DNA of 64,000 nt, taken from Daphnia carinata (taxonomy: Eukaryota). Both the position numbers and the translations under genes were made by a program. The DNA lies in the NCBI RefSeq assembly GCF_022539665.2, contig NC_081331.1, forward strand, positions 3,162,001 through 3,226,000, written 5' to 3'. Numbering within the stretch: position 1 is the first letter of the stretch; each line of letters starts with the position of its first letter. The notes under the pieces are model-generated. The model worked only from the letters and a program-made list of their open reading frames with translations, did not search any database and had not been told where the DNA came from. Positions 40,140 to 51,898 of the stretch are shown piece by piece.

Positions 40140-43100
40140 ATGGCTCTGCTGACGCGTTTCATCCGGCTTCCGGATCGAGCCAACACGCACGTGTTTACGT
40201 TCGTCGTGACCCGCTCCGTCACGCGCGACCTCCATCGCGACGTCACGTCCAAAGAGTTTAGCTACGGCTACCACAGGTGGGCCATCACCTTTTCACGGGC
40301 CGGAAAGGTCCTCGGCGTCTACCTCGTCTGGCGCAATCCCTCCGAGGTAAGGATTGATTGCATTTTGCCGTTTCCGCAAGCCTGTATCGATTAATAAATT
40401 ATCATCCATTTTTCTTTTTTACTTCCCCTCTGATTTGGGCCTTTAGGGAATGCGCGTGTACATTGATTTCTCGTTCACGTTACTCAACCGGGAGCATTTT
40501 AGCGCTAATGAGACGTTCAGTGGTCGGCAGATCAAGTTCACGTTCGACTCGCCGGCGCAAGGCAACCGCCGCTACATACCCGTCGACGATTTGTACGAAC
40601 GCAATTTCACGGACGCCAACGGCGAGTTCCAGCTTGAACTGACCGTCGCCAACCCGCGGACACTTTACGAAACGGATCTGAGGCTTCCGGTGGGCTCGCC
40701 CGGCTCGTCTTCATCGTCAACGACATCGTTGGCAACAGGCGGCAGTCATCAGCGTTCCGCTTCGCCTCTGCCTTCGCACCATCAACACCATCAGCATCAC
40801 CACCATCACCTCGGCGGAAGCACGGGCAATCTGTCGACGTTGGTCCAGCAACAGAATCACGTTTCTCATCACAACAGTGGCCATCATGGCTCACTTCATC
40901 TACACGGCCACCACCACAATGCGACGCAGTTGCCGAAAACGACGAAATTGGAGACGACATATTTTGCTTTTGGCGGATTCGATTGGAACTTGTCGGTCGT
41001 GATGGAGCCTTACTCGGTGACTGCCGCCACATCTGCAGCTGGTCTCACGCTCAACCTGGCCGCTCAACTGGCCGGCAATCCAGATCGAGACAGTCCGTCG
41101 CACAGAAACAGAAACTGCCAATTATTGGCCGGTGGCGTTGATCCAGTTCCGGCTTCCATAGCGGGGGTCTTGAGTGATCACGTCGGCAACGGAACGCTGG
41201 CGCTCCGTCTGAGGCGATTGACGGGCGTGGACCACCGCAGCCGCTCACGCTACTATATTTCAGTGGGCGAAGGCGACCGACGCCTCTCGTCCGGTTTGAT
41301 GGACGACGTTTCCGACGCCGAGGGGGCCGGCTCTGTCTGGTGTCCGAGGGTGCGCATTCAGGACGTTGCACCCAAAGGAGTGCTCCGGCTCATGGTGGAA
41401 CTCGTGTCGGCCAACACGCTCAGCGAGACCATCATCACGCTGGCGCCCAACAACCAAACGGGCACGCCGGGCGGCATTGGAGGCCTCTCGGCCGGCACTT
41501 GCTACGACCGCGACAAACAGGCTTGGTCTTTCGAGGCCGATACCCATTCGGAGAACGGTATTCTTTTATCCATTGAGTCCTCATTGAATTTGCTTGGTAA
41601 CATTATGTAATTTTCTTTTACAGCCACTCTGAGAGTTCGCGTTGTCTATCGCGACGTCCGCAACGTGCCACGCAATCATATCAGGTAAATATGGCGGTGT
41701 GTACAATTAGTCTTGTCGAATTGAAAAAGCTACAGTTGTAGACCTAATATCGGGGAATATGACGATGTGGATCGTGTTGCACGTCTAGACGTGTTGCCTA
41801 CCCCTTTGTGTCTGTGCGTCAGTAGGTTTTTATAGGGCATGATAAAAGAAAGGCTGAGCTCTCCGAGCCTTTTAATACTCCCCGGATGGTAGGAACCGGT
41901 TTTTACATCAATAAGAAATGAGTGGATTCCGCAATATGTCTAGCGCAACAATTTGATACACTTGGAGTCGTGATCGATTGTCTGCTTTCTTCGTTGTTCT
42001 CTTCTCCTTTTCTCTTCTTTCTTTTGATTGCCTTCTATTCGCTTATCGGAGGAAAATAACGATGGGAAAAAATAAGAAAGGGAGAAACTGAGAGAATGGT
42101 CTACTACAATTTCTTATCGGTGGAAGTGTCGTCTCGGTAGCGTAGCAGCTGAAAAGAAGAAGAATTAGACGGAATAACTTTTCGTTTTCTTTCGAAACAC
42201 GCACACTGGCTCTGGGGAGTACATCGGGTACACGAAGGAGGACCGTAAAAGGCTAGTCCTTTATTCATTATTGATGTGCGTTCATCCGTTTGGGATTCGT
42301 TGAAAATGTGGACGTAAACGAACGACGAATTAATTGAATATTAGAAGAGATTTTCTGTTAGCCGGTCGGATCCGTTGTTCGTCTGATAGCGTATCAATCA
42401 GTCACGCTGTGGCTAACCTGGTACAAGTAAGATTGTGTCGTTTTTGTACCGCATTGCCATGCCAACTGATCAGTTTCTACGGTCAACACCGAAAAAGGAC
42501 AAAAGGGGGGAAAACAAAAAAAGGATAAGGTCACGCGTTTGCCATTTTAGCCGGGACATCAACACGCCATCCGAGCTCTAAATATCATATAACGTCTACA
42601 GTACAATACCGACATAGCAGGCAAGGACTAAACAAATGACATCAACCCGCTTCTCGCGTTTTGTTTTTATTTTTTTATTTAAATTTTATTATGACGTTTT
42701 TGCGTGTTTTTTTTTTGTTGCTTTTTTAGTTCGCAATAGCAGATGGAATTTTCTTTGCTACGATCAAAACACTTTCGTTCGTAATAGTTCCCTAATAGCC
42801 AGTTTTGTCCACCGTCATTTTCGACGGTCTCTTCTCTGTGGGAGGCGTTACAATGTTCTTTATTTATTTTCTTTTGATTGGATTAAAGTCGCGATCATAA
42901 CGACCAGAAAATGAGGACACGTTTAGAGACGTTACCTCCGTTTTCTTCTGGGAAAAGGCCATAATGACTTGGAACTGGACGAAGCTACGAACTACTACCT
43001 ATTGTGCCTCTACCTTTTTACTTTTATTTTCCTTGACCCCTGCGTAACTTTTACAGCTCATATCGTGTACTTTTACTGCGTTGTTAGTATCGATCCTCGT

Positions 43101-45834
43101 GGATACGTGTGTGCTATTGATTTTAGCCAACAACGCTGTGAAACCAACGTCCGTTCGTGGGTTTTTTACTGGATAAAATGCTCCCCTCGTTGAACAGATT
43201 AACAGGTTGCCTATTTATCTTGTCCGGTGAAATACAAAGGCGGCTTTGATGAGCAGAATTTGACAATAGAAGCAAAAAAGAAGTCACATATTAAAGCCAT
43301 TATCTGACGTCATTGTGCAATTGTGGCATTATCTAGTCAATTGGCAATCAGCTTTCAAACTTTGGCCGCATTGTTTAGTGCTTGAAACATAGGGACATCA
43401 TTTGGGAGTTGTGCAAAATGTCGTTTAGTTAGTATCAGATTATTCTAAGTTGCATTCCCTCTGCCCCGTAGTTTTAGTACGAATGTTATCTTCCTTTCAT
43501 TAGTTCACTTGCATCAACTGGGAAATGTTTGCGTGGCTAATTCTTCTGTTGCTTTGGTTGACTGTATCGCGTTCCGCTGTGAACATCGCGGCAAATTGTA
43601 AATGAATTAAGACTGTAGGCATGCTTCTACGTGCTCTCAATGAATTTAAAATTGATCGTACAGGTACGTGAGCTGGCAGGCGGCCATGTTACGACCCAAC
43701 AATAAAGTCAGCCAATACGACGCCGTCCCGTTCTCCAGCCCGCACTACTCCAACTACTACGTCCAAGAGGAAGCTGATGATGGCGTCGTCATGGAGTCTT
43801 CAGTGCCGGCCAAAGACGTACGATTCTCTCGCATTTTCTTTAGTTTCTTTACTTCTCCTCACACTTTTTCGGGTCAGCCATTGAACATGTTGCTTTAGCC
43901 AGGCTACTTGCTAAATAATGACATGCTGATGTGTTTCGCCAGATAAGAGGGGAGGGGGCTTGTGGCGTTCAAGATGCGGAAATATGTTTTGAAGTCATGT
44001 ACTTCGTGTACGTTAGCTGGGTGATCAATAGAGACTCGACCGAAGTGGGAGAAAAGGAGGGGTTGGTTGGGAGGAAATGGGGTGGTGCGTTAAGAATGGA
44101 TGAGAATCACGGCTGGTTTTGCTCTTTTCAATCGAAAGTTCCCAAATGTCCGGTGTGAGTATGTGTGCGCGCTGACATACTACGCCCAAAAAATCCAGCC
44201 CGGTGTCGGTCCATAGCTATGGCTTCCAAGATCAATCGTCGTTTACTTGACGTGATCGATAAAATTTTCATAGTTATGCGAAGGAGGCCGTGTTAGAGTT
44301 CTTTATTTAACGATTTATTTCCGCATCATGACAGATCCGCAATAGGTTGATTTATAAAACGTTTTTGTTCATCATTGGGGTTTTGCAAATGTATCTAGCT
44401 CTCAATGTATCTGTTAGCATATATCCGCTAAAATAAGGAACTTGATCCAGAAATTTTAATGGTTTGCTATAGCACAATGCGTGTGGGACGGATCTCGCTA
44501 TTGCTAAGGTCTTACACCCTCTTCTCTGAGCTAAATTAGGCAATAGATTTCTTGAGATGAGTTGGGTTCTTTAGTTGATGGTGAAAGCCGAGCCACTGAC
44601 TGATTACCTACCAGCTACTTGAATGTTTGTCGGGCTAGAGCAAAAACCTGTAGCATTCACGAGTCCGCATTGATCCGATCCAATTTTTTCAAAACCCAAA
44701 GACCTCCCTTCCTCACCAACTTTCCTATGACTAGTGGATTTTTCATAGCTCAAAGATTGGTTGACATCAACTTATATTATTCTGTATCTTTTTCTCCCTC
44801 CTTTCTGTTCTTTAACATTCCCAAAAAATTGACTAGTGACTCGTGTAAGAAAACTAACAAAAAGGGAAATGTAGAAGTAGAACGACGGCTCTCTACTTGT
44901 GAGTTATGCTAGATCAGGCGGTAAGAAATGGCTCTGGTTGATGAGCCGTAACTGATACGGCTCTCGAATTTTTGCTGTATGTCGTGAGGCTGTGCTAGTT
45001 GAATTGCGCAAGAGTTATGCAACTGCCAATTAATATCTAAAATATGTCTATCCGACGCGCAGTTGTTGAAGACGGCCAACGGCTACGTCAGCGACAAGCA
45101 GCAGCTTCGCGTCCAGGTGGAGTGGGACGAGACACTCTTGCTGTTCCAAGCGACTTACCACAAGTACGACGACGTCGGACGCATCCACAACTACCAAATG
45201 AGGTTGGCCTATTTTTTCTAGCTTTCTTTTTTATTCTTTTAGAATGTATCCTATATTCTAGTAGAGCAAAAAAAGAAAAAAAACGTGTTGTGACTTAACA
45301 TACGAACGCATTTGCGATCGAAACGGCTCGCTGATGACGGAATGCCTTAATGCCAACAAATTAGAGAACCGGATAGCTGATATGCCGCCTAGTACACTTT
45401 AGCTTAGTCCCTGAAGTGGTGGGATGTGTCTGGAAAACGCGTAACGCTAATAAAGTGCAACATATAGAACCTAATAGGGCTAGCGTAGATAAAAGGGGGA
45501 TATCAAAACCTCATAAGCAATTAAGAAAGTTCGACTAGAAATCCAAACTGCGCACGGTTTCACCTTTGCCATTTATTCCTTTGCCATTTCTTCTCTCAGG
45601 AAGGAGATAAGCGCCTTGCAATCGGAAAATTACAGCCTTGAAAGGCAATTGTTCAGCTACCAGCGGAGTCTGGCGATGGCCCAGGCGCGGAACGGCGTCC
45701 AGCCGCAAGGTCCATCCGACGACAACACGCCTTCGTCGTCGGCCAACGGCGAGTACCCGCCGTCGCATCGCGAACACTCGCATCGGGATTTCTTTGCGCG
45801 CCGCGACGAGTCATCCGACACGGAATACGCGTAA
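40140..45834 (+). CDS. Uncharacterised ~635-aa protein with tandem MATH/TRAF-like beta-sandwich segments, His/Ser-rich insert and C-terminal coiled coil
   Basis: Phase-consistent exons 40140-40346, 40447-41557, 41624-41684, 43664-43817, 45063-45202, 45600-45834 (1908 nt). In-frame upstream TGA at 40092. GC-rich codon usage against an AT-rich background. MATH-like motifs SKEFSYGYHRWAITF..LGVYL..VYIDFSFTLLN and TTYFAFGGFDWNLSV; heptad-like KEISALQSENYSLERQL. A 5'UTR acceptor at 40007-40008 implies an upstream non-coding exon. The domain call is by motif recognition only. Confidence 0.88.
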
Positions 45835-46610
45835 ATTCGCTCGTTGTCCTTTACTATCATTTCCGCTATTGGTTTTCCTCCATTTGCTTTCCTCCATTTG
45901 CATCATTCGCCATTCTTAATAGTTTAAGTCTGACACCTATACTGCTGCCCGGTGTGCTTGTACTTGCCACCGCATGGTTCATGTTGGGACTCATTTTTCT
46001 CTTTTTTTCCATCTTTGTCGAACTTCTTTCTCGTTTCGTTCTATTTCATTGATGCGGCGTAAAACTCGTTTCCTCTTGTTTAATCATATCAACGAAACGA
46101 GGAGTTAAAAAAGGAGGGGGGGACGGAAAGAAAAGTTCTATTTATGTAAATGTGTGCGTGCTGCACATGTCAAAGGGCACACGTTTCAACTTTTTTGATG
46201 TCACTTTTATTCTATCGGGCAAAAAAATAATGCTAATGACTTTCGTTTTCATGACAAGAAGGAAAAAAATGCGATTTTTCTTTTCACGGTTTTTTTTACG
46301 CTATGATGAAATTCAACTTTGATCGTCGTTTCAAGTCTATTCTATCCTCTTTTCTAGTTCCTTAATAACATCACAATCTTCTTTTTTTTTGTCTTATATT
46401 TCGTCAGGTTGTTATTTTTGTTATTTATTTATTCTTATTGTTATTCACCATTCATCTTCTTAGGTCCACGGCCTTTTCCGCTCTTTTTTACATTTACATT
46501 TTACATAACATGGAGATATAACGGCAATGTAACATTCTTCTCATACAGGGGAGCATCATACGATACCTATGTGTTAAATCCAACTACCAAAACAACTTTT
46601 TTTACTCTTC

Positions 46611-46649
46611 ATACACATACACACACACACACACACATACACATACACA
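46611..46649. repeat. Imperfect (CA)n microsatellite
   Basis: atacacatacacacacacacacacacatacacatacaca. Confidence 0.8.
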
Positions 46650-46999
46650 TTACAAAAAAAAAAAAAAACCATGCGTCGTGCCGATGCAGTTTATTTCCAC
46701 TCGTCCCGCGTGAAAGGCGAAAAACCAATACTATCTTTCGATATAAATACAACAAACGTTTCAATCTTTCTTCGATCTTTTCTTTACATCTTTCTTCCTT
46801 TTTTTTCTACGGTTTGTTTTGTAACGCAGTGCGTTGTATCGGATGCCACTATGTGCAGTTCCGGATCGATCTGCCTCACTAGCTGATTTATAGAAAAGCA
46901 TTGCTGCCATGGGTTTTTTTCGATGTACGTGTCTTAAGCAAATGGTCAATCAATCTAATCGAAGGCCCACTTACCGCCTTAGTTTTCATAGACTGGATC

Positions 47000-48400
47000 T
47001 AGCTGGCGCATAAAGAACTCCTTTAACGAACTCGGACATCGTTTACAACTCGTTTTATATTTAACGAAATCTAAAGGTAAAGAAAATTCGAGCTATTCTT
47101 ACTAACTCGTGACCGTTTTTTTTATATTATCAGGTGCTCTACAGAAATTATTCATTTGCATCAAACAGGACTGCTGGCTTCAATTTCCTCATTGTTTGCT
47201 ATGTAATTCCAGAGCTCTATTTCAATTCCATAGCATTTTTGGACTATGATGACATTGTTCTAAGATAAATTTCGGGTATCCCTTAAGCGAAAGGAAGAAT
47301 AGACATGAGCACGGCAAGCTCACCTGCCGGCATTCTCACGGGGCTATGATACTGCCGAATTTCCAATATACAACCAATCTAACACAGGGACAGTGGTTGT
47401 CTTACGTCTATTATAACAGACATCGTCTAGTTACTGGGATTTCTGTACCTTTTTTCTGATGTTTTCTTCCTTTCCCAGAGAAAATTGGTCCAGCAATACT
47501 GATATCATTTTTCATAGATGTGTCTGTGAAATTGTGAAGCTCTAGCTACTTGAAGAGTAGTAATAGTTGGTCTCCAATTCTACTTGGATGTCAGTGAAGA
47601 CATTCATTCTCTCCAGCAAGAATCTAGGTAAGAATATGTAATGAAATCATTGACATTTTGAAAGAAAAACTACTTTTTCCTAAAAAAAAGTATAGGCAAA
47701 AGAGTCCACCGCTTCTTTGTCGTCATCCCAAGCAAACCTATCATTGATTTCAATGAGAAGAATAGCAAGAAACAAGCGGAACAAATTATACGGTACGTAC
47801 GCCTTCATCGCATGTTGTCTACACGTCAGCGGCAGGCTTTCGGACAAATTTGTGTGGGTGTCGTAATATATCTAAAGCGTTCACGAATATGCATGTAACG
47901 AGGGAGCAAAGAAAACGCCTGTTGAAAGGCAGATCCTTTTTCAATCGAGTCCGTGCAACTGGTCCATATTGAAACTTGGAAAGTAGGATCTCACAGAGAA
48001 AGATCGTACCGCAAGGAACATGCTCGGTGCAATAAGTCATCATGGATAACGCACTTTTATCTGTAATATGTTAGTATAAATGATATAACTCTTTATGCCT
48101 CGTGTCTACCTTTACAGGGTTCCTTAAAAAATGAACGGGATTTGAAAATGTACGTTGGACGAGCGTGTAGAGTCCTGTCTCAATAGCGAAAGCTATCACA
48201 GGTAAGGGGGTAGTGCAGTCAAAGGGGTTAAGAAATGCAACACATAATTGATGGGTAAATTACTAGTGTCTGCATGTTGCGTTACATGTTGTCTGCAGGA
48301 ATGGGCACAGAACATTTTCGAGACGAAAAAACGTTTTTCTCCGTTTTCCATGATAATAGTTTTTCGTTCCAACCTGCTCGTTTTCTCCGAACTGAACTTG
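47000..48400 (+). ncRNA. Candidate spliced lncRNA or small-ORF transcript (ends approximate)
   Basis: Four collinear plus-strand GT-AG intron-like units: 47077-47133 (AAG|gtaaag, TACTAAC, tcag), 47628-47695 (TAG|gtaaga), 47793-48117 (gtacgt...tttacag), 48202-48298 (CAG|gtaagg...ctgcag). No long ORF. Confidence 0.4.
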
Positions 48401-48873
48401 ATGTCTCCATTTCAGTTTTCCACACTTTGATAGAAGTGCTACTGCGCGCAGAAGATATTAGTTTTATTTACCCTACCATTAAAACTTCGGAATACTATTA
48501 CCTTGTCAGGAAAACTAAAAGTATAATAACAAAGACGCACGTGCCATTTTAGGCTTGTAGCCTATTTGTTTGTATTATCGGCCACTTGGTTGGTGGTGTT
48601 GTAATTACATTTTTCTACTGTCAGGTACCCTAACGAAAAGTCATCTTGTTCAACATCTTGTTTACGTAGAAGCTCGAAAATTTCAAAAGTATATTACAGA
48701 GAAATGAAATAATACTGCATGACATTTAAAGTTATTACGATGCAGTCGGTCATCAAAGGTAGAATATACTTGATTTTGCCTCTGTTTACCTGAAAATGTA
48801 TAATGACATAACGTTCTTGATCAACTCTGTGTGAAAATCATTATTAGAAACAATTCCTTAAGAAACAAAGGCC

Positions 48874-49896
48874 TTAATCTTCTTTAAAGCTAACAGAGCA
48901 TGAAAGCTTTCCAGACTGGGTACTATTTCCTAAATTCATAGGGGTTGATGGACTTCTCGTTAAGCTATTTGCTGATTCATTGACTGCCGATTCTTGCCAT
49001 CTCTTCAGACCGCGACCACTAGCAAAGCCTAATACCGTTCCTCCAAGTGCTGCAAGACCCCCAATTTTGAGTCCCGCGAGAAGCCCAATAGGACCACCAA
49101 TGCACGTTCCGATTAGCGCTCCTGTGAATGGGTAAAGAGTTGTTTTAAATCTTGCAGCCTTCGCCAAATTCTGTTGTCCTTCTTTAACATCTTCTAGAGC
49201 TGCTTCCACATTCTCTTCAATGTTGGAGACTGTCGTTTCTTGAGTCTATGAGTCGGAAAATTGAGAATATTTATGTATTGATTTTAGTATGCACAATTAG
49301 GATTATACTAACATTGACTTGATGTGAAAACTCTGAAAATAAGTCATGCAACTCTTCAATATCTTTTTGCAAGTTTTGATATGTCTCGAATTGTACTTTC
49401 CGTTGCTCAACCTCAATTTCTTCTGGTAAAACAGTTTCTTTAATTAGCTCTAACTGTTTCTTTTGACCTTCCTCGGATGTGAGTGGCTCAAAGCCTTCAT
49501 TGAAATTATCTGCATTTTGTTTTAAAATTCTAATTGCATTTAGCGCTTGATTTTTATATGGCCTGACTCTCTTTTCAAACTCTATCTCATCGTCTGATGT
49601 CAGTTGTTGTGCAACTCCTTCTAACTCCAGTAATGCAGCTTCTAATTGGGCTGCAACCTGTTGTCCTTTTAACTGCTCGGTTCTTAGCTTGTTCCAATTT
49701 CTGTTGCTTTTATACTGTCAAAGTAATATAGTTAATAATTCCAGGTAAATAACACCAACTATCTAATTTATACTTCATGTAGGTTGGATTGATGTTGTTG
49801 AAGTTGCTGAAGATACTGGGGTAAGGCTATTGTTGCAAAACGATTCAGAGGTAAATCATATATGTTTACTCTGAAAGATGTGTTAATCTTCGACAT
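48874..49896 (-). CDS. Syx17: Syntaxin-17 (autophagosomal Qa-SNARE), 298 aa
   Basis: Exons 49896-49774, 49714-49313, 49245-48874 (all phase 0). MSKINTSFRV... start; SNARE helix LQKDIEELHDLFSEFSHQVN-TQETTVSNIEENVEAA; Stx17-type double glycine-zipper TM hairpin GALIGTCIGGPIGLLAGLKIGGLAALGGTVLGF followed by a cytosolic tail. Confidence 0.93.
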
Positions 49897-50064
49897 ATTT
49901 TATCACTAGAACATCTGTAACGTTGTACAACAAGAAATTGATTTTTTTTTCAACACTGAAATGTTTTCTTTATCTTACAATGACACTGAAGATTGTTTTT
50001 GTTTTGTTTATGTCATGAAGCATACCAGGCGGAAATTAGTTGAGCTACAAGTGTTTAGCTCCAG

Positions 50065-50072
50065 AGATGGCG
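50065..50072. promoter_or_regulatory. AGATGGCG (YY1/Pho-like core) upstream of Syx17
   Basis: About 170 nt upstream of the Syx17 ATG. The same 8-mer occurs at 61465-61472 upstream of Pabp2. Confidence 0.35.
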
Positions 50073-50146
50073 TGGCATGACATTGCCCTGTGTATACTAG
50101 GTGGCGTTGGTGGGATGAATGTGCTGAACTAGGTAATTTGAAAGGT

Positions 50147-50790
50147 AAAATCGCTGATTTGACGAGAAAACCAATCATTTCATTTTTATCATCTGTATTT
50201 TTACATTTATTACGAGAACTATACGCGCAGCGTAAAAATGAAGTTTTGAATGAAAAATTTGGGGTTATTTTTTCGTCGGACTTAATTTTTCTTCCGTTTT
50301 TCCCGTTTTTGAAAAAAGCTATAAGCCCAACGTAAAAACAAACTTCACACTTGTGATTCTCGTTCAATCTTGAATCGGAATCATGGATTTTCAATCAAAT
50401 CTAAATTTTGGCCAAAAATTAAAAAAGTGAGAAGGCGTTTTTCAATTTTGGCAAATTTTATGTTTCGCTTTAAATACATGGTTTCGATGCAGAATTGAAC
50501 GTGCATCACGAATGTGATAGTTGTTTTCCCGTGGGACTCGTAGTTTTTGAATAAAACGTAAAAAACGGTAAAAGTTGTTAAAAAATAAGCCATTTTTTGA
50601 TAGGCAAAAATTTTAGCCCGATAAAATAAGCCCGATTTTCTGTTTTTTTTACGGTTAATTAAAAAAGTAGAAGCTTAATATAAAAATGTACCCCATTTTC
50701 GTGATCAGCGATCAATTTCGCACCGGAATTCTGTATTTTTAACGAAATCTAAAATTTGACGAAAATTGAAAAAGTGAGAAGGCTATATCC
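50147..50790. mobile_element. Probable older non-autonomous DNA-transposon (MITE-like) remnant next to the foldback insertion
   Basis: Short inverted motif atcgctgat (~50150) / atcagcgat (50704-50712) and a ~45-nt degenerate direct repeat (aaatctaaa..ttg..aaaatt.aaaaagtgagaaggc at ~50397-50436 and ~50745-50783). AT-rich, no coding signal. Confidence 0.35.
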
Positions 50791-50798
50791 TATGGCAA

Positions 50799-51047
50799 TA
50801 TGGCAATCCGTTTTACAAAAAAAAAAAAAAAAAATTTCGCCCAAAAAAAAAAAAATCACACTTTTTTCTTTTTTTCCGACACGTAACCATCTACCGCTCA
50901 GACTAGTTATTACTGGCGTAGGTATGACAATCCGTTTTACACAAAAAAAAAAAAAATTTCGCCAAAAAAAAAAAAAAAAATCACACTTTTTTCTTTTTTT
51001 CCGACACGTAGCCATCTACCGCTCAGACTCGTTATTACTGGCGTAGG
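50799..51047 (+). repeat. Tandem duplication of the ~124-bp left terminus of the foldback element
   Basis: Units 50799-50922 and 50923-51047 (tatg[g/a]caatccgttttac...ttactggcgtagg). The right end has a single copy. Confidence 0.9.
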
Positions 51048-51094
51048 CAATTTCAGTCCATTGGATGCCATTCGCAGTTAGTTCAGTAGCGTGG

Positions 51095-51891
51095 ATGGAG
51101 AATAACGCGTGGCTGGAGGAACAATTGGAAAATGGATAAGATAATACAACAAAAGGATGGTAAGTATAAACATTATTATATTGATTTTCACTTATTAATT
51201 ATTGTTTATTAGATCAAATTATGAAGCTGCAGGCCCAATTATTGGAACAACAGAAAATATTAGATAACAGCAAAGCTAAGGATGGTAAGGCCTAATACGT
51301 AATGATTCTATTTATTTGCTTTTATTCATTTGTGTTTTGTAGCTCAAATTTGAGTCTACAAGCTCAGCTAGGGGAAAAGAACAAATTGGAACGGAACAGT
51401 TTCCAAACAGTGAAAGAGGTTTTTCAAAACTCTTCCCTAACTGAACATGAGGATGAATTGGCATTAGGCAAACACAGTCAGATACGTAAACTTTTCAAAT
51501 AAGAATTCAAAATAAGTATAGAATTTTAACAAACAATTATTTATTGTTTAGTTATTCAGTCCACCACCTGACAGTGTGTTAAATTTAAATTCTGTTAGTG
51601 CTGTACTAAAAGAATCGTTAATAATAAGTCCATGCAGCGAAGGAACTGAAGAATTGTGGGACCGTATTTGGGCAGAAAATGGGTGTGGTACGGAAACCCA
51701 GAAACGGCATGAGTTCAACATAAAACATGGATTAGGTACTTTTTGGTTTTTTGTCTATTGAAAAAGTATTTTTAATGCTGTTATTTTGCATTCACAGAAT
51801 TTTAGCGAGGGTTCAAGTAAAATCTGGAAGTGTTACAGGATTGAAGAGTGAGCCTACAGTTGAAAAACACTGAAAGTGCATTACCATTAAG
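51095..51891 (+). pseudogene. Decayed intron-containing coiled-coil gene in the left arm (3' limit uncertain)
   Basis: Short introns 51160-51212, 51285-51342, ~51482-51551 (donor mutated GT>AT) and 51736-51797. Spliced consensus reads MDKIIQQKDDQIMKLQAQLLEQQKILDNSKAKDAQILSLQAQLGEKNKLE...LFSPPPDSVLNLNSVS..EELWDRIWAENG. Frameshift at ~51350. Confidence 0.6.
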
Positions 51892-51898
51892 GTATGAG

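Noticed and set aside
47060..47075. 16-mer TTTAACGAAATCTAAA also present at 50738-50753
   Set aside because: AT-rich and does not extend; compatible with chance or a tiny repeat fragment.
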